Source of the DNA: Minisyncoccia bacterium
Lineage (GTDB): Bacteria > Patescibacteriota > Minisyncoccia > Phycocordibacterales > UBA9973
DNA: 64,000 nt
Assembly: GCA_041737125.1 (NCBI GenBank)
Contig: JBGSSJ010000003.1
Location: 15,718 to 79,717, forward strand
Direction of reading: 5' to 3'
Shown: in pieces, positions 17,797 to 27,012 of the stretch
Layout of the letters: each line of letters opens with the position of its first letter
Numbering within the stretch: the first letter of the stretch is position 1
The notes under the pieces: model-generated
Database searches by the model: none
The model's input: the letters and a program-made list of their open reading frames with translations, nothing else
Told to the model about the DNA's origin: nothing
Program-made: the position numbers and the translations under genes

Positions 17797-19641
17797 CTAC
17801 TTACCATTGAATGACCAATGCCAAGGTTCTTTATCTAGATTTTGGAATCCATATTTAGATGCATTCGACTTAAGCCAAATGAAGCATTTACTATTTTTAC
17901 CACCTGAGGCCATCATTTTTTGACCATTACATGTAAAGTCTACAGCCCCTCCACCTTCATGATTTGAGTGGCCAGGTCTTGCTGTTGGAGGTTTGCAACT
18001 ACTTGATGGAGAGTTGTAGATATCCGGAGTACACCTATTCCTTTTTCTTAGAATAACTTGAGTTTGGTAGCTTCTAGATCCACTACCAGACAATATTATT
18101 CCATTCTTTTTGGCATCATCAAGCATTCTTTGAAGGTTAGAAGCTATAGGGATGCCACCAATAGAATTACAAACATTTATTTTATTCGGAGTACCGTATG
18201 TAGTTACATCTTTGTAACCAGTTGTACATAGATTTGCACCTTTCCCTGTAGGGGCCCCACCTCCTTGACTGTATATTGCATCAGGTTGTTCTAGTTCCAC
18301 TTCTTCATCTATCACACCCTGCACCCCCTCCACACTCAACCCATCCTTCCCTGTAAGCGCTGGATCTATGGTATTTAGTAATGCAAATGCACCAAGTGCT
18401 ATAAAGAGTCCTAGTAATGCAGCTTTTATCTTACTCTTCGCTTCTGTCTTACCGAATATTGACTCATCCCCTATATACTGTATACCAGCTATAATTATCA
18501 TTATCACAGCTAGTGCTCCAGCGAGTCCTATGCCTAGCTGGAACATTATATTAAAGTAATCCCCTATATTATCAGTCCTTATCTCTTTCAGTTTCCCTAT
18601 TGGTGCCAGTAATTCATATGTCATCTTGTTTACAAAAGATTGTTGATTCTCTGCATCTATACTGACGGCTTCGTCACCTTCCGGTATTATTTTGACTAAT
18701 TTACCATTATCAAGACAAAGACCAAAACAGTCATACCATAACCACCCAGTATTATTACTATTATTAGCAGAGCTATATGTAGTATTGTTGCCCTGATTTA
18801 TCTTAAAATACAAATCACAATTAAATCCAATAGAAGGTTTTTCACAATCTTCTTCACCTAGTAGTATTCTTATCTTGAAATTATCACTAGGAACTTTTAT
18901 GGGTTCATCATATATACCAGATTTATCCCAACCATCATCAGTTAATCTTGTTAAACCATCGGATTCATGAATAGTCAGTTTTATCCCAGTCCTACCCACA
19001 CAATCTTTTGACTTCACTACAATATCTGCATGAGTTAATCCTTCTACAAACCAAGCTCCTTTATGTTCTCCTGATGGATCCCAGTATGCGGACTCTATTT
19101 TACATGGAGATGATGTGTTCGTTGTATTTGTAGTTACTGTGCTACCTGTTACTGTTAGGTCGGTAATTTTTATTTCCTGAAATTTAAAGCTTTTGTCTAT
19201 CTTCTCTGATTTAGTGAGTCCATCTTTTGTTGTCGTTATTCTATTTACAATATTTACTGTCAGTATATAGTTCCCTTTTGTTACTTTGAATTGTCCACTC
19301 GCTAAAGTATTATCATTCTTATAATTAGTATTCATAGCCGCAGAATTGGATATAAGCAAAGGTTTCGTCGTAGTCCCCTTGGTGTTATTATAGCCATATG
19401 TAGTAGAAGGGTTAGCTTTCAAATTAAGAGTTATGCCATATGTTACATCTTTATTATCTCCATTTACGGCTGTATTTGCAGCTCCGAAGTTTATAAAGGG
19501 TCCGTTGATTGTATAATTTACTTTTAGGTCCGGAACTGATGGTAATCCTGCAGTAGTAATTGTCTCAGCATTAGTTATGCTTGGGATAATATAGATTAAA
19601 GAAAGTAGGAATATAAGTATGTATCTAGAGAATTTTTTCAT
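17797..19641 (-). CDS. T4SS-associated cell-wall hydrolase: a large secreted N-terminal domain, then a two-TM pilin-like hairpin, then a C-terminal peptidase M15 (VanY-like) domain
   Basis: 614 aa. Signal peptide. TM pair FQLGIGLAGALAVIMIIIAGIQYI / ALLGLFIALGAFALLNTI. M15 zinc-site motifs SRSYQTQ, HSNHEGGGAVDF and EPWHW. Gene sits adjacent to the VirB4 gene. Confidence 0.6.
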   Translation of the reverse strand: MKKFSRYILIFLLSLIYIIPSITNAETITTAGLPSVPDLKVNYTINGPFINFGAANTAVNGDNKDVTYGITLNLKANPSTTYGYNNTKGTTTKPLLISNSAAMNTNYKNDNTLASGQFKVTKGNYILTVNIVNRITTTKDGLTKSEKIDKSFKFQEIKITDLTVTGSTVTTNTTNTSSPCKIESAYWDPSGEHKGAWFVEGLTHADIVVKSKDCVGRTGIKLTIHESDGLTRLTDDGWDKSGIYDEPIKVPSDNFKIRILLGEEDCEKPSIGFNCDLYFKINQGNNTTYSSANNSNNTGWLWYDCFGLCLDNGKLVKIIPEGDEAVSIDAENQQSFVNKMTYELLAPIGKLKEIRTDNIGDYFNIMFQLGIGLAGALAVIMIIIAGIQYIGDESIFGKTEAKSKIKAALLGLFIALGAFALLNTIDPALTGKDGLSVEGVQGVIDEEVELEQPDAIYSQGGGAPTGKGANLCTTGYKDVTTYGTPNKINVCNSIGGIPIASNLQRMLDDAKKNGIILSGSGSRSYQTQVILRKRNRCTPDIYNSPSSSCKPPTARPGHSNHEGGGAVDFTCNGQKMMASGGKNSKCFIWLKSNASKYGFQNLDKEPWHWSFNGK

Positions 19642-19671
19642 GTTATATTTTTAATTAAAATTATTAAAATT

Positions 19672-21513
19672 TTACTGATTCGCCTCTTGTGCAGCTAATT
19701 CATCCTTCGCTTTCTTGATAGAAAGTATCTGTGATGGGTCTGAAGTTATAATCTGGTCTTCGGTGTAGGAAGCGATTGTTTTCACAGCGACGTGCTTGAG
19801 CCCTGCGAAGAATATACCCTCTCCGACATTCGCTTCGAGGAGCAGATACTTCTCTTCGTCTGTCAGGTTGAATGTCTTCTGTAGTACATCTATGGTTGAT
19901 GGGGATTGCTTCAATAGTATCTGGATAGAAGAGTTCGTGATTATCGGCACACCATATGGACTCTTCATGAAGTCGCCCACGTCTTGGGTAATAGTAGCAA
20001 GTCCTAGGTAGTATTTACGCCCACGCTTTGCGATAGAGTATAGGAATGAAGCAGTATCTTCAGACTTCATCATCCACCAAGCCTCATCGACTACAAGTAG
20101 TCGCTTCTTTATATTCTTGCGCACAGCATTCCATATCTGATGGATAACTATGTACATAGCGACTGGTTTGAGTTCATCTTCCATGTCGCGGACAGAGAAC
20201 ACCACGAATTTACGATTAATATCCACGTTCGTCGGCTGGTTTAGGAATGAAGACCATGAACCGTGGGTATACTTCGCTAGTCTTTGTATAAGGGATTCAC
20301 TACCATCCATACCCGCTAGGACCATTTCGAAGTCCATCAGTAGTGGTGGCTCTATGTTTGCAAAGTTGGATTCTGCTGTTATGTCCTTCAGTGCATAAGT
20401 CTCTGTGATGGCTCGGTCGATAATAGAATCTTCCTCTGGAGTAAGTCCTCCGAGCATGATGCGGAAGAGCCCCACTAGGTGTATGGTATTAGCGCGTAGT
20501 ACATCGGCTGGAGTCTCGTCGGATGTGGGTATAGGCAAGTCGAAAGGATTGATATGGTGATCAGAAGAAAGAGCGATATTGAAGTATCTACCCCCTACTG
20601 CTTCAGAGAGGTATTCGTACTCACGCTCTGGGTCGATGACGATGACTTCTGTGTCGAACATAAGTGTGCGAACAATCTCAAGCTTCGTTGCATAAGATTT
20701 ACCAGCACCAGAAGTAGCGAATGTAATAGAGTTATAGTTCGGCAAGGAGAACCTATCAAAGATTATCAGACTAGAGTTGTGGCGGTTCACTCCATAGAGT
20801 ATTCCTTTGTCAGAAGTAAGGTCGAAAGATACAAATGGGAACAGGCTAGATAGTGGCTCCGTATCAAGCTTCTGATTTATGTTTATGATGTCTGTCCCTG
20901 TAGGGATGACACTCTTGAAAGCTTCATCTTGCTGGAAGAGCGCTGGCTTCAGATAGATGAGTTTCGATTCAAGTAGTGACTTGATCTCACTCTCTACTTT
21001 GAATAAATCATTCTCATTATCGGCATAGATAGTAATATATAGACCCACATCGAACATTTTCGCTTGGGCCTGCATCAGGTTGTCGCGTAGGCCTTCGAGG
21101 TCGCGGTAGGCGGTGTCGAGCATCGGGTCGCGCACCAGGCCTTTCGACTCACGGATCGATATCTGACTTTGGACTTCAGCTACTTTCTTCTGGAAAGATT
21201 TCAATACTTCGCTTGTATCGATAGGGTGTATAAAAATAGAGACATCGAAAACTTTGTCCAAGTTGATAATCGGAGAGAACCAGTTGTCGGTAAGATAGCG
21301 GGGATAAGATATAACGAAGAAGGTACGGGCTATCTTGTCGCCTAGGTTTAGAACTTTCGGTGTAATCTGTAATGCTGATGGTGCGATAATATCCTGTAGT
21401 TCGAGAGTAGCCGCATGATATATTTCGGAAGGTATAACAGGCATCACCGTGCTCTTCGGCTTCGGATTGTTGTTGCTATTCCCTCCTCCAAATATTGATG
21501 AAAAAATTCCCAT
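19672..21513 (-). CDS. virB4: VirB4/TrbE/CagE-family T4SS ATPase, C-terminal ATPase portion
   Basis: 613 aa. Walker A FATSGAGKSYATKLEI. Walker B LLVVDEAWWMMK (the DEAW motif typical of VirB4). Arg-finger-like region KRGRKYYLGLATITQ. Confidence 0.85.
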   Translation of the reverse strand: MGIFSSIFGGGNSNNNPKPKSTVMPVIPSEIYHAATLELQDIIAPSALQITPKVLNLGDKIARTFFVISYPRYLTDNWFSPIINLDKVFDVSIFIHPIDTSEVLKSFQKKVAEVQSQISIRESKGLVRDPMLDTAYRDLEGLRDNLMQAQAKMFDVGLYITIYADNENDLFKVESEIKSLLESKLIYLKPALFQQDEAFKSVIPTGTDIININQKLDTEPLSSLFPFVSFDLTSDKGILYGVNRHNSSLIIFDRFSLPNYNSITFATSGAGKSYATKLEIVRTLMFDTEVIVIDPEREYEYLSEAVGGRYFNIALSSDHHINPFDLPIPTSDETPADVLRANTIHLVGLFRIMLGGLTPEEDSIIDRAITETYALKDITAESNFANIEPPLLMDFEMVLAGMDGSESLIQRLAKYTHGSWSSFLNQPTNVDINRKFVVFSVRDMEDELKPVAMYIVIHQIWNAVRKNIKKRLLVVDEAWWMMKSEDTASFLYSIAKRGRKYYLGLATITQDVGDFMKSPYGVPIITNSSIQILLKQSPSTIDVLQKTFNLTDEEKYLLLEANVGEGIFFAGLKHVAVKTIASYTEDQIITSDPSQILSIKKAKDELAAQEANQ

Positions 21514-21514
21514 A

Positions 21515-22168
21515 TTATTGTAATTTAATTCCTTGGCTTATATCACCAGGATTGAATGTTTTATAAAAAAGTTCTACAACTTCATCTGTTTTCAGTTGGG
21601 AGCTGCGCACACCAAGCCCTCCAAGGCCAGAGATGATCACGCCCACTCTCTCGTCGAGCTGGCTACGCTTCTCCTCGAAGTCGGCCATATCCATAGCCTT
21701 CTTCGTATTCTCTATCTGCTTCTTTGGTGCAGAGGATCCGAGCAACTTCTCTATAGCATCTCCGCTTGATTTTATAACATTAGAACTATAAGGCACAACA
21801 ATGAAGAAAGTCTTTGTCATGATGTTCACTTCATCGGTGAACGACTTGATGAATTCTATATACTCTTTTGTTTGTATCTTCAGAAGCTTCTCTGTCTGCT
21901 CGCGTTCACGGGCCTCTAGAGTAAGTAAGTAAGGGCGGATATCTAGTCTACGAGACTGTACAACTATCTGTATAGAGAAGTCGAGTCCATTTAAGAAAGA
22001 TTGGAATTGATTGATGATGGCCATCTGCTCATCGGAAGATTTAAGTGATAGGTTGATGGATGATGCTATGAGGACAGCACGAAGACCGCCATCTTTAAGT
22101 ATGATGACTCCATTGCGGACTTCTTTTATTGGAACGAATTCTTGAGCAGCGCGTGCATTTATAGCCAT
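21515..22168 (-). CDS. VirB4 N-terminal domain encoded as a separate ORF
   Basis: 217 aa. FVPIKEVRNGVIILKDGGLRAVLIASSINLSLKSSDEQ resembles the N-terminus of Gram-positive VirB4 homologs. Its stop is 1 nt before the ATG of the ATPase ORF (TAAtATG). 217+613 = 830 aa, a typical full VirB4 length. Confidence 0.6.
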   Translation of the reverse strand: MAINARAAQEFVPIKEVRNGVIILKDGGLRAVLIASSINLSLKSSDEQMAIINQFQSFLNGLDFSIQIVVQSRRLDIRPYLLTLEAREREQTEKLLKIQTKEYIEFIKSFTDEVNIMTKTFFIVVPYSSNVIKSSGDAIEKLLGSSAPKKQIENTKKAMDMADFEEKRSQLDERVGVIISGLGGLGVRSSQLKTDEVVELFYKTFNPGDISQGIKLQ

Positions 22169-22214
22169 AATATAATTACAAATTAGAATACATAATCATT
22201 ATACTATATTCCAT

Positions 22215-22248
22215 TAGTAATTCGTAATCCTGCCTACTGGTAGGTGGG
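22215..22248. repeat. Intergenic motif tagtaattcgtaat followed by the hairpin cctgcctactggtaggtggg (a G-U tolerant stem), sited between the VirB3-like and VirB4-N ORFs
   Basis: Read directly. The motif is shared with the 15364-15394 site; the core TAATTCGTAAT recurs at 22677-22687 (opposite orientation) and twice at 23757-23786. Confidence 0.6.
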
Positions 22249-22250
22249 TA

Positions 22251-22667
22251 TTAATTACCTACATTATCGTCTTTCACATCTAGACTCCAGGATAAATCCT
22301 TCAAAGAATTTGCAGACGACATAGGAACGATAGAAGTCATACTGTTCGGTAGCTGATCAGGAGCGACTTCGCCTTGTTTGGGCTTTACTAGACGCTGCTT
22401 CCAGACATATAGCTTGCTCGACATTACATAGTTGAGGGCTGCTTGTAAGTAGTATATAAAAGGTTTTTCATTTATGCGGTAGAAAACAAGGAGTAGGGTG
22501 AGGCCTCCTATAAGTAATATAGGTAGAACAGCTACCCAGAATGGTAGCATACGGTATAGAACGAATATCATTCCTCCCCCACCGAGCATATATGCGAATT
22601 GCTTGAAGGTAAAAGGTCCAAATAACTTGTCCTCAACATCTATAAATTGTGGAACTTTGAATTGCAT
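22251..22667 (-). CDS. VirB3/PrgI-like small membrane protein of Gram-positive-type T4SS
   Basis: 138 aa. Two TM helices (MLGGGGMIFVLYRMLPFWVAVLPILLIGGLTLLLVFY) after a short cytoplasmic N-terminus. Lies immediately upstream of the VirB4 ORFs. Confidence 0.5.
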   Translation of the reverse strand: MQFKVPQFIDVEDKLFGPFTFKQFAYMLGGGGMIFVLYRMLPFWVAVLPILLIGGLTLLLVFYRINEKPFIYYLQAALNYVMSSKLYVWKQRLVKPKQGEVAPDQLPNSMTSIVPMSSANSLKDLSWSLDVKDDNVGN

Positions 22668-22693
22668 AGAAGGGTAATTACGAATTAAAATTA

Positions 22694-23716
22694 CTAAATT
22701 GACTCATGATAAGGATCATGGATGACTTTACTTGTAGCTTGTGGAGGTGGAGTACTAATAGGAGCTTCTGCTTTAGGTGTAGGTGTAATTTTCGACATTG
22801 ATTGGTCGGTGACAACATTCTTACTCATAACCATCTGATTTAATTTGTTGGCGAATATATCTACACTAGGGTTCGCAGATGATGCGCTACTTGTATTAAT
22901 AGGCAGACTACTTCTACTCTCAGACATACTCGCACGCATATTTGGAGCAGGTGTTGTATTTATAGAGCTCTTTACTGCACTACGCAACTCTTCTATATAA
23001 GGTGGAAGTGGTACTTCATCATCCATAGAGCTAGGTGCGGATGGACCTTCATTCCCCCAGTTGGATTTCAATATTTCACGAATAGGAAGTAGAATTTTCT
23101 CATTCACGCTCTTTACTACCATGGCCACTTTGTCCGCCGTTATTGGTAGCTTGCCCTGTAGTTCTATCTCATATTTGTCGGGGTGGATAATACCAAGGAG
23201 GACTTTGTTCGTCACTTCTTCGAGGCTACCCATTTGCTCTATATTTAATTTATTCTCAGTTCCTATACTAAATAATACATTCTGATAGTCAGACTGCATT
23301 ATAGCCACTTGCACTTCTTGGGGGAGCTTGGCAAATCGCTCGTCGAGCTTGCTTAGGTCTCCATACTTCTCTTCTACTAGGCTTGCGACATGTGTGTCAT
23401 AAGCATCTGCAAGCAATGGCTTGATGTTATTAAATACAGTATTGTCTATCTCCTCCATCATCTTCGCTAGTATTGCGTCTTGCATACCGAGCTCTTTCTT
23501 CAAATTATCCTCATACTCTTCTGTGCGGATGATGCCGAGTAAAGCGAGAGTCGTCTCGGTAGCCAGGGTCTCAATTTGTGCATTATTTAGATTGTATTTG
23601 ATACTAATAGTCTTGAGGGTCTCCATCCATATCATATTAGAAAATACTTGCTGCGCATCAGGCGGAAGCTTAGAGTAAGAGAGAGCTATTTGTTGTTGTA
23701 ATTGTTCTGGATTCAT
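22694..23716 (-). CDS. Hypothetical soluble protein with a Ser/Pro/Thr-rich C-terminal third (T4SS-cluster member)
   Basis: 340 aa. No TM. Low-complexity tail SMSESRSSLPINTSSASSANPS...PTPKAEAPISTPPPQATS. Confidence 0.5.
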   Translation of the reverse strand: MNPEQLQQQIALSYSKLPPDAQQVFSNMIWMETLKTISIKYNLNNAQIETLATETTLALLGIIRTEEYEDNLKKELGMQDAILAKMMEEIDNTVFNNIKPLLADAYDTHVASLVEEKYGDLSKLDERFAKLPQEVQVAIMQSDYQNVLFSIGTENKLNIEQMGSLEEVTNKVLLGIIHPDKYEIELQGKLPITADKVAMVVKSVNEKILLPIREILKSNWGNEGPSAPSSMDDEVPLPPYIEELRSAVKSSINTTPAPNMRASMSESRSSLPINTSSASSANPSVDIFANKLNQMVMSKNVVTDQSMSKITPTPKAEAPISTPPPQATSKVIHDPYHESI

Positions 23717-23786
23717 TGTGATTTTATTTTTTCCTATTAATCCTTCCTAGCTCATTAGTAATTCGTAATTATAAATTCGTAATTGT

Positions 23787-26174
23787 TTAATGGTGTCCTC
23801 CCCCCCCTCCACCATGTCCTGCGTCCGCCTTCGCATGACCACCCCCTCCACCCGAACTCACTTCGATTTTCATACCTTTTAGGGTAGTTTCAAGTGTGTT
23901 TCCCAAATCCTTTAAGAAATCTTTTTGTGCAGTCCCTGTGTTTACCTTTAGTCCACTCTTGAGCCCCATACGCACCCCACCCGCAACTACAGCAGCTAAA
24001 CCTACACCTACATTCGGTATAAATCCTTTTGATTTTACTTTTGTGTCTGGAAGATTTCTTAGATCATAACTTCCTTTTCTGAGAGCGTTAACAAATTCAC
24101 TAACAGCTGTCGCTTTTTTTGTATCTCCGACCATATCTGTAGATGTATGAACATGCTCACCTCTAGTTGCTGCTATTTGTTTATTAGCTTCTGCGGCATC
24201 AGCCCACTCACCATTTGGATTAATTGGATTTCTATTGGTATCAATAACACCTCTTTGTGCTTGATCAAGTTTTTCGTAGGGCTTATTATATTGTTCTTTT
24301 GATACGATATCTCTATCAATTCTATCTCGAACAGTTTTTTGCTGATCTTCTCCGAGATCTTTATACTTCATTTCTTTATTACCTGTAACAGCTTGGGCCT
24401 TTTCATCTAGTACATGTTCTGAGTGCTCCTTAGCCCCCAACTTCTTGCTCTCTCTTTGGATCCAACTCGTTTCTTGCCCTGTGTGGGGATCTGCTTTTCT
24501 TCCTATTCTAGATATTCCATGTGCAACACCCGCCGCCGCCGCCTTACCTGTACCTTGTACAGCTTCTTTTGCTAATTTGGTGTAAGCAAGTGGATTTATA
24601 ACATTCCAACCCTTTATTTTCTTAGCAGCTTCTTTGGTGTCTTTATAGTTAAGAGCATTTTCTCTGGCTCCATCGTTTTGTGCGTATTTAGATACTGAAC
24701 CCATGGTCTGTCTTCCTAGTGCCGCCGCACCAAGAGCTGCACCACCGAGAGCAAGTCCACCCATAGCCATACCGACATTCGTGACTGTAGAGCCGATGGT
24801 ACCAGCTAATTTGGAAGCGATAGATTTTGCTTGCCATAGAAGCACCATGATGAAAATGAAAGGCACTATGGTGGCGAGGATAAACGCCGCACCGTTCTCA
24901 GAGTTCACAGGCACTAGGCTTTCTAGGCTTACGAACTTGATTATCATATACATGAAGAACATGAATACTGGGGCGAGGAATGCCATCTTGATGGTTTCTG
25001 ACCACCATTTCTTGTAGCCGACCATTTCCATGTCTGCCATGGCGGGTACTGTATAAGAGAAGAATGCAAAAGGTACGAGTATCATAGCGAGCCACAGTCC
25101 GATAACCCGAGCGACAAATAGTAGTCCGACAGTAAGGAACACTATGAACCCGATAACATTGATAGCTATAGCAAGAACAGTTACAAGTATGTATACACCA
25201 GCTCCGTCATTTGTTTCTGTTAATTGCTGTGTGGTCATTACAGTCGTCTCTGAGTTTGATTTATTTATCTTACCCACTTTGCCCAATCCCTCACTTATAA
25301 GCTTTTGAGGATTTACTTTTGATACTATAACCTCAGACATAGGTATAGGCTTACCAGAATCTGTGTCAACGGCTTTACCATCTTTAGTCACACTAATAGT
25401 CTGTGAGTTATAGAAGACTCGCGCCAAGATGTTCGAAGTGTCGATGATGATTTGTGTAGCAAATAAGCTGAAGTTTATCAACAGTCCTATGATGACTACC
25501 TTTACTATCATATCCTTCGGGCCTGAGCCATGCCCACCACCGACGCCGAGTATAGTAGTAAATGCCACATACAAGAGTACGAATATGAAGAACATATTCA
25601 CTATGTCGCGCACTAATCCCCAACCCTCGAGTACAAAAGTAGAGCGATAAGAGTCATCATTAATAGAGTATGCGAACATATTATCGAAAAATATTCCAGC
25701 AAGACCGAACAAAGCAGATGTTAAGCTAAATAACATGTCGAATAATTGAGCAACACACCCCAAGAATGTTCCAGTGGCTCCTACCTTAAACATAGTAGCA
25801 AAAACACAATTCGGTACCACATCTACTTTTGGTTCTGATGCATTCACAGAAAGACCAGCCGCAGCACGAGCCTCTTGTAATACATTAAGTAAATTTTCTA
25901 CTTGTATTCTAAGTGCAATTATTTCTTCGGCGGTATAAGAACTACCATCTGCCTTTGTTCCTCCCGCGAGGGCTTTATTATAGATATCGATTGCAGCATC
26001 ATGCGCTTTCTTCGCATCATCTATCGCTTTCTGTTTCTCTTCAGGGGTTAGGTCTGCATTTACTATATTTGCGCGGACTTCTAATCCCCTCTCGATATTC
26101 CTTGCTACGCTAAAAGGCGCGAACAAGTTCACGAGTATGACTAATAAGAGGATTGTAGGGAGGAACTTTTTCAT
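23787..26174 (-). CDS. Large polytopic membrane protein, VirB6/TrbL-like channel candidate, with a long cytoplasmic tail ending in a Gly/His-rich tract
   Basis: 795 aa. Signal peptide. At least 7 hydrophobic helices between aa ~150 and 480. Charged ~300 aa C-terminal region ending SSGGGGGHAKADAGHGGGGGGHH. No catalytic motifs. Genomic context with VirB4/VirB3-like genes. Confidence 0.5.
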   Translation of the reverse strand: MKKFLPTILLLVILVNLFAPFSVARNIERGLEVRANIVNADLTPEEKQKAIDDAKKAHDAAIDIYNKALAGGTKADGSSYTAEEIIALRIQVENLLNVLQEARAAAGLSVNASEPKVDVVPNCVFATMFKVGATGTFLGCVAQLFDMLFSLTSALFGLAGIFFDNMFAYSINDDSYRSTFVLEGWGLVRDIVNMFFIFVLLYVAFTTILGVGGGHGSGPKDMIVKVVIIGLLINFSLFATQIIIDTSNILARVFYNSQTISVTKDGKAVDTDSGKPIPMSEVIVSKVNPQKLISEGLGKVGKINKSNSETTVMTTQQLTETNDGAGVYILVTVLAIAINVIGFIVFLTVGLLFVARVIGLWLAMILVPFAFFSYTVPAMADMEMVGYKKWWSETIKMAFLAPVFMFFMYMIIKFVSLESLVPVNSENGAAFILATIVPFIFIMVLLWQAKSIASKLAGTIGSTVTNVGMAMGGLALGGAALGAAALGRQTMGSVSKYAQNDGARENALNYKDTKEAAKKIKGWNVINPLAYTKLAKEAVQGTGKAAAAGVAHGISRIGRKADPHTGQETSWIQRESKKLGAKEHSEHVLDEKAQAVTGNKEMKYKDLGEDQQKTVRDRIDRDIVSKEQYNKPYEKLDQAQRGVIDTNRNPINPNGEWADAAEANKQIAATRGEHVHTSTDMVGDTKKATAVSEFVNALRKGSYDLRNLPDTKVKSKGFIPNVGVGLAAVVAGGVRMGLKSGLKVNTGTAQKDFLKDLGNTLETTLKGMKIEVSSGGGGGHAKADAGHGGGGGGHH

Positions 26175-26186
26175 TACTAATTTACT

Positions 26187-27008
26187 TTACCAAATCTTGA
26201 ACAGCTCTTCTAGTATCTCGTATGTAGGGACATAAGGTGTGATGCTATCTACTGCTGTGTTGTAGTAAGGATTAGACTTTATAGTCTTCGGTCCACTGTA
26301 CCTGTAGTCGGCCTTCTGTGCTATACACTGAGTGTTCAGGGTCTCTGCTCGGGCTACTAGGTCAGTGTTCGTCTTCAAGTCACCTTGTAGTAACTCTATA
26401 TCATCTTCTGTTTTTAGTAGATAAGATATAGCGTAGTAATCTTTAAGTAATGCTTCAAGCTCAGTCTTCTCGGCATCGGTGAATACAAGTGGGTCATCGC
26501 TCGGACAGTATGCTTCGACTATAGGTCGTGGCGTATTATCGACAGGTCGAATAGGGTCCCTGATAGGGTCACCTAGGCCACCTCCATTATTTCCTTCCCA
26601 TCCGTCATCTTCATCAGGAACTGTAATAGGGTCAAGTGGCGGTGTAATACCAAATCCTCCACCACTACCCAAGCCCCCACCTGAGCCGAATTCGCCAGTA
26701 CCAAACCCTCCGCCAGTATTACCTCCTGTACCACCGTTAGGATCTGTAGGGTCTACTGGTGTCTGTCCACCTGTACCAGGATTCACAGTTCCACCAGGTT
26801 CAGTGCCAGTATCTACCGGAGTAAGCTCCTTTGGCTTCTTGGTGCCGAATAATGATTCGAATATTTTGTTCGAGCCACCTTCCTCTGTACTCTTGGTCTC
26901 GGACTTCTTCATATTACGGAACAGGAAAAAGCCTATCAATAATAATATCAGTACTATTATGAATGTTATGAGGAACGCTTTGCTTTTTCTTGGGTTATGA
27001 TCATCCAT
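26187..27008 (-). CDS. Hypothetical bitopic protein with a Gly/Pro/Thr-rich low-complexity segment
   Basis: 273 aa. N-terminal TM (FLITFIIVLILLLIGFFLF). Tract GGTGGNTGGGFGTGEFGSGGGLGSGGGFG. Confidence 0.5.
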   Translation of the reverse strand: MDDHNPRKSKAFLITFIIVLILLLIGFFLFRNMKKSETKSTEEGGSNKIFESLFGTKKPKELTPVDTGTEPGGTVNPGTGGQTPVDPTDPNGGTGGNTGGGFGTGEFGSGGGLGSGGGFGITPPLDPITVPDEDDGWEGNNGGGLGDPIRDPIRPVDNTPRPIVEAYCPSDDPLVFTDAEKTELEALLKDYYAISYLLKTEDDIELLQGDLKTNTDLVARAETLNTQCIAQKADYRYSGPKTIKSNPYYNTAVDSITPYVPTYEILEELFKIW

Positions 27009-27012
27009 ATAA

